A program made the translations under genes and the position numbers. The notes beneath the pieces were generated by a model. The model saw only the letters and a program-made list of their open reading frames with translations. It did no database searches and was not told where the DNA came from. A stretch of DNA of 63,295 nt, filler included, from Octopus bimaculoides (Eukaryota), in NCBI RefSeq assembly GCF_001194135.2. It is 5 parts of 5 records of this genome, joined end to end, with 100 filler letters (N's around TTAATTAATTAA, not from the genome) between each part and the next. Parts side by side here need not be neighbours in the genome. Positions count along the whole stretch, not along the records: positions 1 to 6,109 come from NW_026308093.1; positions 6,210 to 19,088 come from NC_068987.1; 3 more parts are not named here. One strand, 5' to 3'. Shown piece after piece: positions 1-12,169 of the stretch; position 1 is the first letter of the stretch, and each line of letters opens with the position of its first letter.

Positions 1-94
1 AATATACTTATTTATAATAGATTATAAAACAACTCCCCCTGCACACACACACACACTCACATACATGCATTTTAATATTTTGATTTTTTTACAG

Positions 95-331
95 CTAATC
101 ATACTTGTTTTCCAAGTTATTTCAAGTGTGATGGTTATAAGTGTATACCTCTTTCATATCGCTGCAATGGAAGACGGAATTGCCGAGATGGGAGTGATGA
201 ACGCAACTGCCCAGATGTAAAATGCTCTTCATATCAATGGAAATGTCCAAATTCAAATATTTGTATCCATAAAATGCGTCGCTGTAATGGTTTAGCAAAC
301 TGTGAAGATGGAGCTGATGAAGCTGGATGTA
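95..331 (+). CDS. LRP2: LRP2/megalin-like exon, two LDLa repeats (NHTCFPSYFKCDGYKC...DGSDERNC / VKCSSYQWKC...DGADEAGC)
   Basis: ttttacAG acceptor ends 94; GTaagt donor at 332; 237 nt, phase 1-1; two six-Cys LDLa repeats with DxSDE/DxADE. The second ends DEAGC like the matching human LRP2 cluster II repeat (recalled sequence). Confidence 0.8.
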
Positions 332-1441
332 GTAAGTAAAAATGTATAATTTTTTGTGAATATTTGTGTCTGAGCAAAGTGGTTGATTCAGTTGGTCTTT
401 TGTTTAGTTTTGGTTTCTCTGTTCTCTTTTCTGAAGAAAAGAGGCAATGCAGAGATCGTAACTTTCGTATATATTTACTGAGAATACGTTCAAATCCTTT
501 GTGCATCAAAGTAAATACACACAAATAAACAATCTCTTTCACCCTATAAAGCTGGTTTCAAATTTTAGGGCAAGGCCTGCAATTTCATAGTAAGTGCTGG
601 TAAGACAGAGAGCTACATTAGGCTCCACTTGTCTGNNNNNNNNNNNNNNNNNNNNNNNNNNNNNNNNNNNNNNNNNNNNNNNNNNNNNNNNNNNNNNNNN
701 NNNNNNNNNNNNNNNNNNNNNNNNNNNNNNNNNNNNNNNNNNNNNNNNNNNNNNNNNNNNNNNNNNNNNNNNNNNNNNNNNNNNNNNNNNNNNNNNNNNN
801 NNNNNNNNNNNNNNNNNNNNNNNNNNNNNNNNNNNNNNNNNNNNNNNNNNNNNNNNNNNNNNNNNNNNNNNNNNNNNNNNNNNNNNNNNNNNNNNNNNNN
901 NNNNNNNNNNNNNNNNNNNNNNNNNNNNNNNNNNNNNNNNNNNNNNNNNNNNNNNNNNNNNNNNNNNNNNNNNNNNNNNNNNNNNNNNNNNNNNNNNNNN
1001 NNNNNNNNNNNNNNNNNNNNNNNNNNNNNNNNNNNNNNNNNNNNNNNNNNNNNNNNNNNNNNNNNNNNNNNNNNNNNNNNNNNNNNNNNNNNNNNNNNNN
1101 NNNNNNNNNNNNNNNNNNNNNNNNNNNNNNNNNNNNNNNNNNNNNNNNNNNNNNNNNNNNNNNNNNNNNNNNNNNNNNNNNNNNNNNNNNNNNNNNNNNN
1201 NNNNNNNNNNNNNNNNNNNNNNNNNNNNNNNNNNNNNNNNNNNNNNNNNNNNNNNNNNNNNNNNNNNNNNNNNNNNNNNNNNNNNNNNNNNNNNNNNNNN
1301 NNNNNNNNNNNNNNNNNNNNNNNNNNNNNNNNNNNNNNNNNNNNNNNNNNNNNNNNTTGACAACAGCGATTAATAATAATATATCAGTTGTCAGGAATGT
1401 GTTTAATTTGTAAAAATTGGTCTATTTAATAGTGCTACACT

Positions 1442-1669
1442 CACTAGCATAGCTATAGAGGGGTGGAAAGGGTGGTCCACCCCATGTGGCACTTTTATGG
1501 GGTCTGTTGTAGGTTATAAGCCTGCATGGGCCGTACTGAAATTAGATGATAGTGGTTTTAATGTCAGGACACAGACACTGGTCACTGTTGAATGCAACAA
1601 TCGATATTTGCCCGGGGACCACAAATTGAAGGGCTGCCCTGGGCGGCACACACTCTAGCTACACCACTG
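1442..1669. mobile_element. Longer, older copy of the same hAT-type MITE, opposite orientation
   Basis: Both ends align to the reverse complement of 6795-6948; degraded TSD GCTACACT / ATTACACG. Confidence 0.7.
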
Positions 1670-1993
1670 ATTACACGGCTAAACTTACTGGGTACTTAAG
1701 CAGAGTGATCATGGGTAGTTGATGGGTTGTGTGTAGTGCTGATGAAAGAGAAATAACTTTTGAAATATGCACATACACCCAGTACTTTTTTTTGTTCTGT
1801 CTGCTTAAATATACAGGAACACAAGCTATCAAATTACTTAGAAAGTGACAGAGAGAGAGAGAGAGAGAAATGGTTTGGTAATTTTCAGTTCTTTTCCCCC
1901 TCCTGTGTATGCACCTTTTCCCCTTCCTCTGTATGCAAATAGCCAACAAAACGCATTAGTGTCTAACAGTACTTTTATTTTGATATTACTCAG

Positions 1994-2122
1994 ATGTAAC
2001 AACTGCTGAAGGTTGTCGAGAAGGATATTTCCGGTGCTTAGGTGGATCGTGTCTTCCTAATAATTGGCGTTGTGATGGTCACAAGGATTGTGAATCTGGG
2101 TCTGATGAAAATTCAACCTGTA
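1994..2122 (+). CDS. LRP2: LRP2/megalin-like exon, one LDLa repeat (GCREGYFRCLGGSCLPNNWRCDGHKDCESGSDENSTC)
   Basis: CAG at 1991-1993; GTaagt at 2123; 129 nt, phase 1-1; canonical LDLa; resembles human LRP2 [24 protein letters not shown]. Confidence 0.82.
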
Positions 2123-2319
2123 GTAAGTGATGGAAACCTATTTTTAAAATTTTTATCTGCAGATTTGTTTTTATATGGCAGTTTTATCCTGATTGTTTAT
2201 TTCATTATTTTACATCCATTCTCACTCACATCCATTAAGAAATATAAATATAGAACCTGCAGACGAAGAGACAGACAGACCTGAAGCAGACCTGTAGTGA
2301 AAGGAGCATATCATTGATG

Positions 2320-2530
2320 AAGCTGTGAATGACAGCAAAAGGGCTTTGGCAAACCTAAGTGATTGATTAACTGAATGATTAATCAAACAATCAATTAGTT
2401 AATTGCTTAGATGATAAACTAATTGACCAACAATAATAAAAGAAGTGAAATAGAATCAGTGTGCATGTGTTTATTACTGGCATAATGACCCTCCAAAGAT
2501 ACAACAAAATTGCTCATAATTATTTTAATC
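2320..2530 (+). repeat. Dispersed repeat with degenerate (GATT/AATT) core; second copy 7365-7590
   Basis: Shared GG-CTTTG-CAAA..., ATAAAAGAAGTGAAA-AGAA-CAGTG and TACAACAAAAT segments. Confidence 0.6.
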
Positions 2531-3003
2531 AAATCCAAGTGAATGGTTACCTAATACCAACAGAGTGTGCTGGGTGCTTTTACCATGGATGTATGCATGT
2601 TTGTCTATATGTATGTATATTCAATGTTTGAAAACTTCAACTGTAATTTTACAATTTAATATTGTTAGGAATTGTATTAAAAACTTGTTTAAAATAATTT
2701 GTGGATTGTAGAAATATAACTGAGTTTATTGCACATAAACTTTGACAACAAAATCTTATAGGGACCCCCAAGGGTCATATGGACACTGGTTGAGAACCTC
2801 TTATCTATATAGTGTCTCTGTCAACTCATGACTGCACAAACACCTAAAGCAATAGGCAGAAACAAGGTGCACATTACCAGGCTGTTGCTCATTTGTCAGT
2901 GATTACTATCAATGTGTGTCTGTGTGTGAAATTTTAATTAAATGTTTATGAATTGAGTAAATTGTGTTATTTTGTTGTGTTTTTTCTTTTTTTTAATTTC
3001 TAG

Positions 3004-3129
3004 TCACAAAAGCATGTCCAGCTCAACGGTTCCGATGCAAAACTGGTTTATGTATTCCTAAACGTTGGATCTGTGACAACATCAATGACTGCGGAGATAA
3101 TTCCGATGAAGGCGCTGCACAAAATTGTC
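3004..3129 (+). CDS. LRP2: LRP2/megalin-like exon, one LDLa repeat ([41 protein letters not shown])
   Basis: TAG at 3001-3003 after a pyrimidine tract; GTaaga at 3130; 126 nt, phase 1-1; canonical LDLa. Confidence 0.82.
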
Positions 3130-5616
3130 GTAAGATCTCTTATTCCTTCAATTCATTTGTTTTGCTTTTTCATTTCATCTTCTTTACTTTTTTGCTTTGT
3201 TTTGTTGGGGCACAAAAAGTACCATTCGAGCATGGTCAATGCCAATTCCTCCTGCCTGGCCCCCATGCCAGTGGCATGTAAAAAGCACCATTCGAGCATG
3301 GTCAAAGCCAGTACCATCTGACTAGCCCCCATGCTGGTGGCATGTAAAAGGCACCATTTGAGCATGCCAGTACTACCTCACTGGCTCCCATTAAAAAGCA
3401 CCCACTATACTCTCAGAGTGGTTGGCGTTATGAAGGGCATCCNNNNNNNNNNNNNNNNNNNNNNNNNAAAAGCACCCACTATACTCTCAGAGTGGTTGGC
3501 GTTATGAAGGGCATCCAACTGTAGAAACCTAGCCAGATCAGATTAGAGCCTGGTACAGCCTCCTGGCTTGCCAGTCCTCAGNNNNNNNNNNCCAACCCAT
3601 GCCAGCTTGGAAAGCAGACGTTAAACAATGGTGATGATGATTTTCTATTTTTATAAATTTAACACTGATGTGATGATTAAGTGAGTGCTAGCATATTGGT
3701 TCCACATTTTAGCCCAAGGCCAGCAATCTCAAAGGAAGTAAATCAGTTACATCAACGCCAGTGTTAAACTGGTACTTACTTTATAGACCCTGAAAGAATG
3801 AAAGGCCAAGTCACTCTCAACAGAATTTGAACTCAGAACATGATGGAAAGATGGATGAAATGGTTCTCAGCATTTTGCCCATCCTGCTAATGATTCTGCT
3901 AGTTCATTGCATTTGTTAGAATTAGCAGACTGATTCTAACATGTAACATGTATGCCCTAACATATCTTCACCATCCTCACCCTTTCTCTCTGGAATAACC
4001 ATGTATATCTCTCCCGACAGCAGCATACCTGCTCCTATCCCTCTATCATACTTTAATCTCTCATCATCTGGTATAAAACCACTTCCCTCAATACTACTCA
4101 CTCACTCAGATGAGTGGTTTTGTCTTGTGAGTATTTGGTGACCTTAATAGTGTTGGTGTCATGTAAAAATTACCTAGTAACTCTCTGAAGTGGTTGGCAT
4201 TAGGAATGGCATCCAGCCATAGAAACCATACCAATACAGACATTGGGGTTCTCCACAGTCCTCCGGCTTGCCAGTTCTTGTGAAACCAACCAACCCAGAC
4301 CAGCATGGGATGATGATGGTGATGATATTGATTGCAATCAATATTAAAGACTACCTGGAAAGAACAACAGGATTCAAATGTCCCCTTGTTTACTTCCTCC
4401 TCACCACTTGATGTACTAACAATGAGAGGGATCAGCTGGAATGCTTTGGCACTTTTTAAAGAACTTCTCATGACTGTCTCAGTTTTTCCCAGTGAGAGAA
4501 GAAGGCAGGATTTGAATTCAGAGCATACAAGGCTGAAATAAATACAGTGAGGCATCACCTTTGAGGGTCTAACACCCGGCTGATCCATAGCCCTTGCACG
4601 ACAGTTTATTTATCAGGATCAAACAGATGAAAGGGGAAGTTGATCTAAGCTGCATTTGAACTCAGGCACATTGACAACTAAAATTGATACTACAGCATAT
4701 TGTATTCTTTGCTCTAAGAGACTCTAAGATATTCCAGGCAAAGAGGGCTTCCCTATAAATGCAACTGAGATGGCCATGTGGTGTACATGGAAGGGATTCA
4801 CTCACCTAAATCTCTCTTCTATGCTCAGCTTAGCTCTGGTCTCAGGCTCCAAGGCCACCCACTTCTCCAATGACCTGTTCAAAAACCTGCAAGATATACC
4901 CAAAGACACAGGAATGAAAGGTACTGAGCAGAGCCCAGGGGAGAAGCTCTTGCTACTGAACCATCTCCAGCTTNNNNNNNNNNTGAGCAGAGCCCAGGGG
5001 AGAAGCTCTTGCTACTGAACCATCTCCAGCTTTGAGGCAACCAGTATCAACATCCTGAAGAGGAAAAGAGGTCAGGATAAAGCAGGACCCAACTTACTTC
5101 CAAATGATGGAGGTCAATACTGTAATGTCTCCAATTTGGATTTGCAGTTCCTAAATAAGTCAGAATCCCCACATGAGACAATACAGCAAAACGTCAAACT
5201 AAGAGCACTGCATCCTACTAAACCTTCCTTCAAAACATTTACTGGAAGAATTTTGGTCCCAAATGTTTTAGAAATGGGAAAATATATATTCTCATTAGCA
5301 CACCACGAATTATCCAAAACTACAATTAAAAATATTATCGACATTATAATCCTGCTCATCCTCATCACCATCATATAATGTCCATTTTCCATGCTGGCAG
5401 GGGTCAAACGGCATGACAGGATCTGACAAAAGCTGCAGAGCTGTATCAAGCTTCAATGTCAACTTTGGCACAGTTTCTACAGCTGGATGCCCTTCCTCTA
5501 TTTGTTGAATGAAGTCTCTCTTTAATACTTAATAAGTAATTTAATATCACATGTTGCTGTTCATGTTGTTGTTATTGCAAATGACATGTTTATTATTTTT
5601 GTTTATTCTATTTTAG

Positions 5617-5807
5617 CTAGTCCAACATTCAGATGTCCCTATGGACAGTGGGAGTGTCCTGGTGGACACCAAATTTGTATAAGTCAATNNNNNNNNNNTA
5701 TGGACAGTGGGAGTGTCCTGGTGGACACCAAATTTGTATAAGTCAATCAAAGGTCTGTGATGGCAAAACTGATTGTCCAGGAGGCACAGATGAAAGTACT
5801 ACCTGTA
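5617..5807 (+). CDS. LRP2: LRP2/megalin-like exon, last LDLa of cluster II ([43 protein letters not shown]); contains an assembly duplication
   Basis: ttttAG ends 5616; GTaagt at 5808. Removing 10 N and the 49-nt duplicate (5640-5688 repeated at 5699-5747) gives 132 nt, phase 1-1. Closely resembles human LRP2 [39 protein letters not shown] (recalled). Confidence 0.82.
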
Positions 5808-6109
5808 GTAAGTCTTCTGTTTGAATATATATACATAAATATTTCATTTGTATATATATTCTATATACATAAATATTTCATTTGTAAACATATATACGCT
5901 CACATTGACATACATATAAATACTTACAAATACACACAAATACATATCTATTTATATATACCTTAGGATGCACAAACAGTTGGAAAAGAAATCAATATCT
6001 GTAGAAGAGTATAAAGAAACAGATACTTCTTTATCAAGTTATATGTGGTACCTAAAAGCTAATGATAAACATATAAAATCAAATGGAAAAATACTCAATT
6101 TCTTTTATT

Positions 6110-6209
6110 NNNNNNNNNNNNNNNNNNNNNNNNNNNNNNNNNNNNNNNNNNNNTTAATTAATTAANNNNNNNNNNNNNNNNNNNNNNNNNNNNNNNNNNN
6201 NNNNNNNNN
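6110..6209. other. Artificial scaffold linker (44 N + TTAATTAATTAA + 44 N)
   Basis: Exactly 100 bp; the 12-mer gives stop codons in all six frames; identical construct four times in the window. Confidence 0.95.
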
Positions 6210-6247
<38 letters not shown>

Positions 6248-6794
6248 ATTTACTCCTTCGTTTGATTAATGCAAAATGCTACATCATACCTATCTAATTT
6301 ATCCATTCATGGAAGCCTATATGAAAATTATATATGCATATCATAATTCGATATTGGTACAGTGGGCAACTATAACTGATGTGTTCATCAATACTCATAA
6401 CTCAATAACAAAGGGCGTCTGATAACGTAAGTAATCAATGAGCACCAGTCGTCGCAGGACAAAGCAGATGACCTGTTAGTTAAGAGTAGAACACCTTATC
6501 AACATAAAGTTATTGAGGACAGGGAAGTGTTAACTATATATCGATCTATATATGCTTGGTACTCTATGACCGAGTTGTGTTGTTTGTGTTCGCGTCTATG
6601 TCAGCTCTATGTTTCATTTTGGGCCCTGGATATAGTTAAGACGCGTGAGCTTGTGGTTAACGCAGTAGCTCCCGAGGCCGCATGCGGCCCTCGATCTTTA
6701 TAAATATAATAGATATTTTCTTAACTGGCTTGTGCGTTGCTTTTTCTTGGTGCAGCCTCCTAAAAGAATCCCTGTTTTGGATCTGGCCCGGATA

Positions 6795-6948
6795 CACTAG
6801 CGTAGCTAGAGTGTGTACCGTCCGGGGCGGCCCTTCCGTTTGTCGCCCCCACCCCGATCCCACAAAAACATATATTGCCTACAGCAGACCCAAAAGTGCC
6901 GCCCGTAGCGGACTGCCCCTGTCACCCACCCCACTAGCTACGCTAATA
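6795..6948. mobile_element. hAT-type MITE with perfect 8-bp target-site duplication
   Basis: TIR CACTAGCGTAGCTAG / CTAGCTACGCTAATA; CCCGGATA at 6787-6794 and 6949-6956. Confidence 0.8.
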
Positions 6949-8837
6949 CCCGGATATTAAAAAAGGTTGAGAATGACTGGGTGAGGATCATGCACTCACT
7001 TACTATCATAAGATCATGGTTTCGATTCCCGGGTCGGGCGATGCTTTGGTTCAAGAATCAAATGCTTCAATTTCACTTCGCTTCAGTCCATTCAACCGTA
7101 AACGAGCAGACCTGCGACGGACTGGCGTCCAAGACAAGGTGAGTCGTTGTCATCTCGGCTACATAATATGCTATGGAGACAGGGTAGCTGACCCTATGAG
7201 GCTCAGGATTCGAGACAGTAATGTCCAGGTGTCACAAGTATAAATTCAAGTCAATGTCCCCGAAACCAATTTTCTACTCCCAACTCATTTTACCGTAAAT
7301 ATTTAGGCAAACTTTTGACTCAAGCCAAACCTGAAGTAGAGAGTAAGTGCTTTTGATGAGTTCACAAATGACAAAGAAAGGACTTTGACAAATCTAGCTG
7401 ATTGATTGATTAATCAATTGATCAATTTATTAATTGACTGACTGACCGATCGATTAATCAAACAATTAATGTGTTAATTGGTTAAATACTTAATCACTTG
7501 GTGTATATAAAATAAAGAAGTGAAACAGAACCAGTGCGTGAGTTTATTGGTGTAGTGACCCACCTGAGCTACAACAAAATATGTTTCAACTTCTAACACA
7601 CGAATCCACATAGAGAAATTCTCGAACCAAATACAAAAACGAAATAGAAAAATGTAGAAAAGATATTTTCAACTGTTAATTCTTTCATTCATTAAACTGC
7701 GGCCATGCTGGAGCACCACCTTGGAGAGCTTTCAGTTCAACGAATCGACCCCAGTACTTTCTTCAAAACTTAGTACTTAATAAACCGTCTCTTTTGCTGA
7801 ACCGTTAAGTTACGGGGACGTAAACACACCAGCATCGGTTGTGAATCGATGGTGGGGGGGGGACAAACACAGACACACAAACATATACATACATACACAC
7901 ACACACACANNNNNNNNNNNNNNNNNNNNNNNNNNNNNNNNNNNNNNNNNNNNNNNNNNNNNNNNNNNNNNNNNNNNNNNNNNNNNNNNNNNNNNNNNNN
8001 NNNNNNNNNNNNNNNNNNNNNNNNNNNNNNNNNNNNNNNNNNNNNNNNNNNNNNNNNNNNNNNNNNNNNNNNNNNNNNNNNNNNNNNNNNNNNNNNNNNN
8101 NNNNNNNNNNNNNNNNNNNNNNNNNNNNNNNNNNNNNNNNNNNNNNNNNNNNNNNNNNNNNNNNNNNNNNNNNNNNNNNNNNNNNNNNNNNNNNNNNNNN
8201 NNNNNNNNNNNNNNNNNNNNNNNNNNNNNNNNNNNNNNNNNNNNNNNNNNNNNNNNNNNNNNNNNNNNNNNNNNNNNNNNNNNNNNNNNNNNNNNNNNNN
8301 NNNNNNNNNNNNNNNNNNNNNNNNNNNNNNNNNNNNNNNNNNNNNNNNNNNNNNNNNNNNNNNNNNNNNNNNNNNNNNNNNNNNNNNNNNNNNNNNNNNN
8401 NNNNNNNNNNNNNNNNNNNNNNNNNNNNNNNNNNNNNNNNNNNNNNNNNNNNNNNNNNNNNNNNNNNNNNNNNNNNNNNNNNNNNNNNNNNNNNNNNNNN
8501 NNNNNNNNNNNNNNNNNNNNNNNNNNNNNNNNNNNNNNNNNNNNNNNNNNNNNNNNNNNNNNNNNNNNNNNNNNNNNNNNNNNNNNNNNNNNNNNNNNNN
8601 NNNNNNNNNNNNNNNNNNNNNNNNNNNNNNNNNNNNNNNNNNNNNNNNNNNNNNNNNNNNNNNNNNNNNNNNNNNNNNNNNNNNNNNNNNNNNNNNNNNN
8701 NNNNNNNNNNNNNNNNNNNNNNGTCTCTCTCTTCCCGGATCTTTTTCTTTCTCTCCCGCGCTTTCTTTCCCTCCCCGCTCTTTTTTTTCTCTCGTTCTCG
8801 TTCGTTTTCTGTTTGTTTGTTTGTGCGTGAGTGTGTG

Positions 8838-8879
<42 letters not shown>

Positions 8880-9574
8880 TATGTGTGCATAACGTTAAGT
8901 CTGTTTAAAACTGTTTGCCTGGGTAGAAATATGACTACGGTTTGAGTGCGTGCGTGAGTGTGTGTATGTGTGTGTATGTGTATGTGTATGTATATGTGTG
9001 TGTTTGCGTCCGTGCGTGTGCACGCTTGCACGTGTGTGCATATACAATTGAACAAGTAATGCAACTGCATGTACGTGTTTATATATCTTCAGTATATATC
9101 ACTGTACATTCTATGTAGTATACATGACATGCGCGTGTACGTTGTCTATTCGCATTTGTATAGGTATATGTGTATATATATATATGTAAACGTTCCATAT
9201 ATCTGAATGAATTGCTGTAGTTATTTTGCTTGTTGTTTCTCTTATTGTTGTTAGAGGTAGCGGGGACATTGCTGTTGTTCGATCACATGTCTGTCCCGAT
9301 TAAAGAGATTCATGTTCAAAGACATTCCATATTTTGGGGAAGTGGTGGGGCGCCCTCCCGACATTTATTCTATTTCTTCTGCATATGTCTTCTCATCTAC
9401 TACGCGATTTAAATGGTCCAAGACTATATTAACGAATGAATTATACAGTAGAATTTATGTTGTGAAATGTCTCTTAACTGAGAAAGATATGTAAAAGATT
9501 AATTCATTCTTATCGATTGCATATGATCTGAAACGTACGTATTAAATATATTCAAACCATCATTACTTTGACTT

Positions 9575-9605
<31 letters not shown>

Positions 9606-9742
9606 AGATTTTAAATCGAGCTACTAAAGTTTCATTCTCACCACTGTACTGGGCACGATGTCACCCCACATTGTAGTACGATCGTAAGCATGAAACTTAT
9701 AGTAGCTCAAATTTTAAACCTTGTGTGTATAAAATGATATCT

Positions 9743-9779
<37 letters not shown>
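9743..9779. repeat. (GGCT)n microsatellite next to a gap
   Basis: Direct reading. Confidence 0.95.
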
Positions 9780-10204
9780 NNNNNNNNNNNNNNNNNNNNN
9801 NNNNNNNNNNNNNNNNNNNNNNNNNNNNNNNNNNNNNNNNNNNNNNNNNNNNNNNNNNNNNNNNNNNNNNNNNNNNNNNNNNNNNNNNNNNNNNNNNNNN
9901 NNNNNNNNNNNNNNNNNNNNNNNNNNNNNNNNNNNNNNNNNNNNNNNNNNNNNNNNNNNNNNNNNNNNNNNNNNNNNNNNNNNNNNNNNNNNNNNNNNNN
10001 NNNNNNNNNNNNNNNNNNNNNNNNNNNNNNNNNNNNNNNNNNNNGTATGTATGTATGTATTTGTGTGTCTGTGCTTGTCCCCTCACTCCTACTATAACCT
10101 CGGGTCGACCAAAACTTCATGAGTAGATTTTGTAGACGGAAACTGAAAGACACCCGTCGTATATATATAAATATATGTGTGTATATTTGTTTGTGTCCGA
10201 AGAA

Positions 10205-10440
10205 GGCGGTGAGCTGGCAGAAACGTTAGCACGCCGGGCGAAATGCTTAGCGATATTTCGTCTGCCGTTACGTTCTGAGTTCAAATTCCTCCGGGGTTGA
10301 CTTTGCTTTTCATCCTTTCGGAGTCGATTAAACAAGTACCAGTTACGTACTAGGGTCGATGTAATCGACTTAATCCCTTTGTCTATCCTTGCTTGTCCCC
10401 TCTATGTTTAGCCCCTTGAGGGCAATAAAGAAATAAATAA
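10205..10440 (+). mobile_element. SINE family A, CpG-intact full-length copy
   Basis: GGCGGTGAGCTGGCAGAAACGTTAGC head, B-box-like GAGTTCAAATTCC, GACTTTGC-TTTCATCC...AAGTACCAG core, AATAAAGAAATAA tail. Other copies: 3705-3910(-), 13290-13500(-), 14241-14470(-), 14681-14875(+), 23841-24072(+), 31455-31585(+), 35722-35920(-), 41270-41390(-), 49485-49690(+). Confidence 0.85.
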
Positions 10441-10780
10441 ATATTTGCCAAAACTTACTTGCCTGTGATATTTAATTTTTTTGTCTTTTTTCTTTTTGGT
10501 TGGGGGCGGAGGTTAGACTATTTATTACTTCCTAAGTTTCCCATGTCTCCCACTCACTGAACTACATGCCCTTCCGCTATTCTATATATATATAAGTAGA
10601 TACATATTTATATATGTATAAACGTAAGAACGAATTGAAAATCAATTTCCGTCTTCCCAGGTACAGGTTTCACTTCAGACTTTTGAAATGTAAACCAATG
10701 TCGCACTCATCTCATTAACTGAATTCCTCGTACACACCAACACACCCACACGCACACACACATACACATATACATTCACT

Positions 10781-10856
<76 letters not shown>

Positions 10857-11771
10857 TATATGTATATACATATATATATACATACATAGATATACATATG
10901 TGTGTGTGTGTGTGTTCACTGACGTATTGACTATCTCGAGAAACAACAAAATATGTTTCAAAAGAAGCATTTAATTTTCCTCGAAATTTCCTTCGACTTT
11001 ACTTGGTAGATTCCGCATGATTGTAAAGCACCTTTCATTCTCTGACCTGCTGATGAAGACTGAGTATTCATGTTTTATTTTATATATACATTTCTTCCAG
11101 AATCTTGAATTTATATTCTCTGAAAAACTCATAAAAATATATCTTGATTTATTTGCTTTTCAATAATTTTATAACACCAGTTGCAAAAGGATATTTTGAA
11201 GCAGCAGAGATCTCTACACAAGGTTGGACATAAGTTATAAAGTGTATTACGAAAAATCTCATGGCGGTTGTGCCTTGGCAAATTGTAATCAGAAAATAAA
11301 ATAAAATAAGTTAGATTGCAGTGATGCTGTGAGAAAGAAGGGAGATACTCCTCTGAAAAGAATTAGTCCTCCATTCGAAATTTTTCTCTTTCTCACGTTA
11401 AATTTTGTAAACTTTTGACATTGCTGTAGGTCTGTAGTGAAATATCAGAGAGCAAAACGTATTCCTGACAAATTTTCATCGTTGAAAAAAGTAAGATTTA
11501 TTCGTGTTGTTCAAGTTGGCAGGTGATACAGAAGTATATCTTATATTAGATCCCAAAATACTGATATTATTACCTGTGTGTACATATATATATGTATGTA
11601 TGTAAAAGGCTAAACAATGCAAATAGATTTTAAGATGAGGTAACGTAAGCTAAAAGTTATGTCACCTCATCTTAAAATCTATTTGCATTGTTTAGCTTTT
11701 TACATCTTTCAACATAATATTCCATATACGATGCTTCAAGCAAAATATAAACTTATATATATACATACACG

Positions 11772-11822
<51 letters not shown>

Positions 11823-12169
11823 GTGTATATGTGTATATATATATAAATGTCAAATGAAAGACCGAAGATGGAATATACGAGAATTTATTATTAATCAAGA
11901 CAATTGTTTCGACATATTTTCAAGTCCCAAAATGTTTAGATTTCTCTGTACCTAAAAGTTGATTTATTTCCTGAATGAACGAGAAAAAAAACCTGCTTTC
12001 GGTGCGACGGCAGATACAATGACACACGTTGTTACTATTTAAAGGATTTTCATTACGGAGGCACATTCCTTAACCCTCTTATAAAATCAGCTGTTTACGC
12101 GATTGGTTAAGTGACACATTCCTGAACACGTTTATATAATCAGAATGTGTATTTTAAGAGTGTCTGCTA

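Noticed and set aside
234-542. 102-aa minus-strand ORF
   Set aside because: Antisense to a well-supported LDLa exon and its intron; no motif.
539-1373. Long ORFs of 240-350 aa here and at 7770-8892, 14887-15901 and 36353-37274
   Set aside because: They consist almost entirely of X from N gaps.
3215-3400. Repeated modules as a CRISPR-like array
   Set aside because: Eukaryotic SINE body with diverging units and no unique spacers.
6154-6165. Recurrent palindrome TTAATTAATTAA (also 19133, 41518, 60975) as a biological motif
   Set aside because: Always centred in exactly 44 N on each side, with stops in all frames: an assembly linker.
6672-6693. Palindrome GAGGCCGCATGCGGCCCTC as a terminator or ncRNA
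   Set aside because: Resembles a common hAT subterminal motif; no other support.
9255-9494. Possible exon after a ttgttAG acceptor
   Set aside because: No frame resembles LRP2, TOLLIP or BBS2; no clear donor.
11010-11065. HDCK...PADED as a degenerate LDLa exon, or CTGATGA as a hammerhead core
   Set aside because: In-frame stop and missing cysteines; no GAAA or stems follow.
11225-11300. HGGCALANC as the expected EGF exon after LRP2 cluster II
   Set aside because: Wrong Cys spacing, stop codon soon after, no suitable acceptor in frame.
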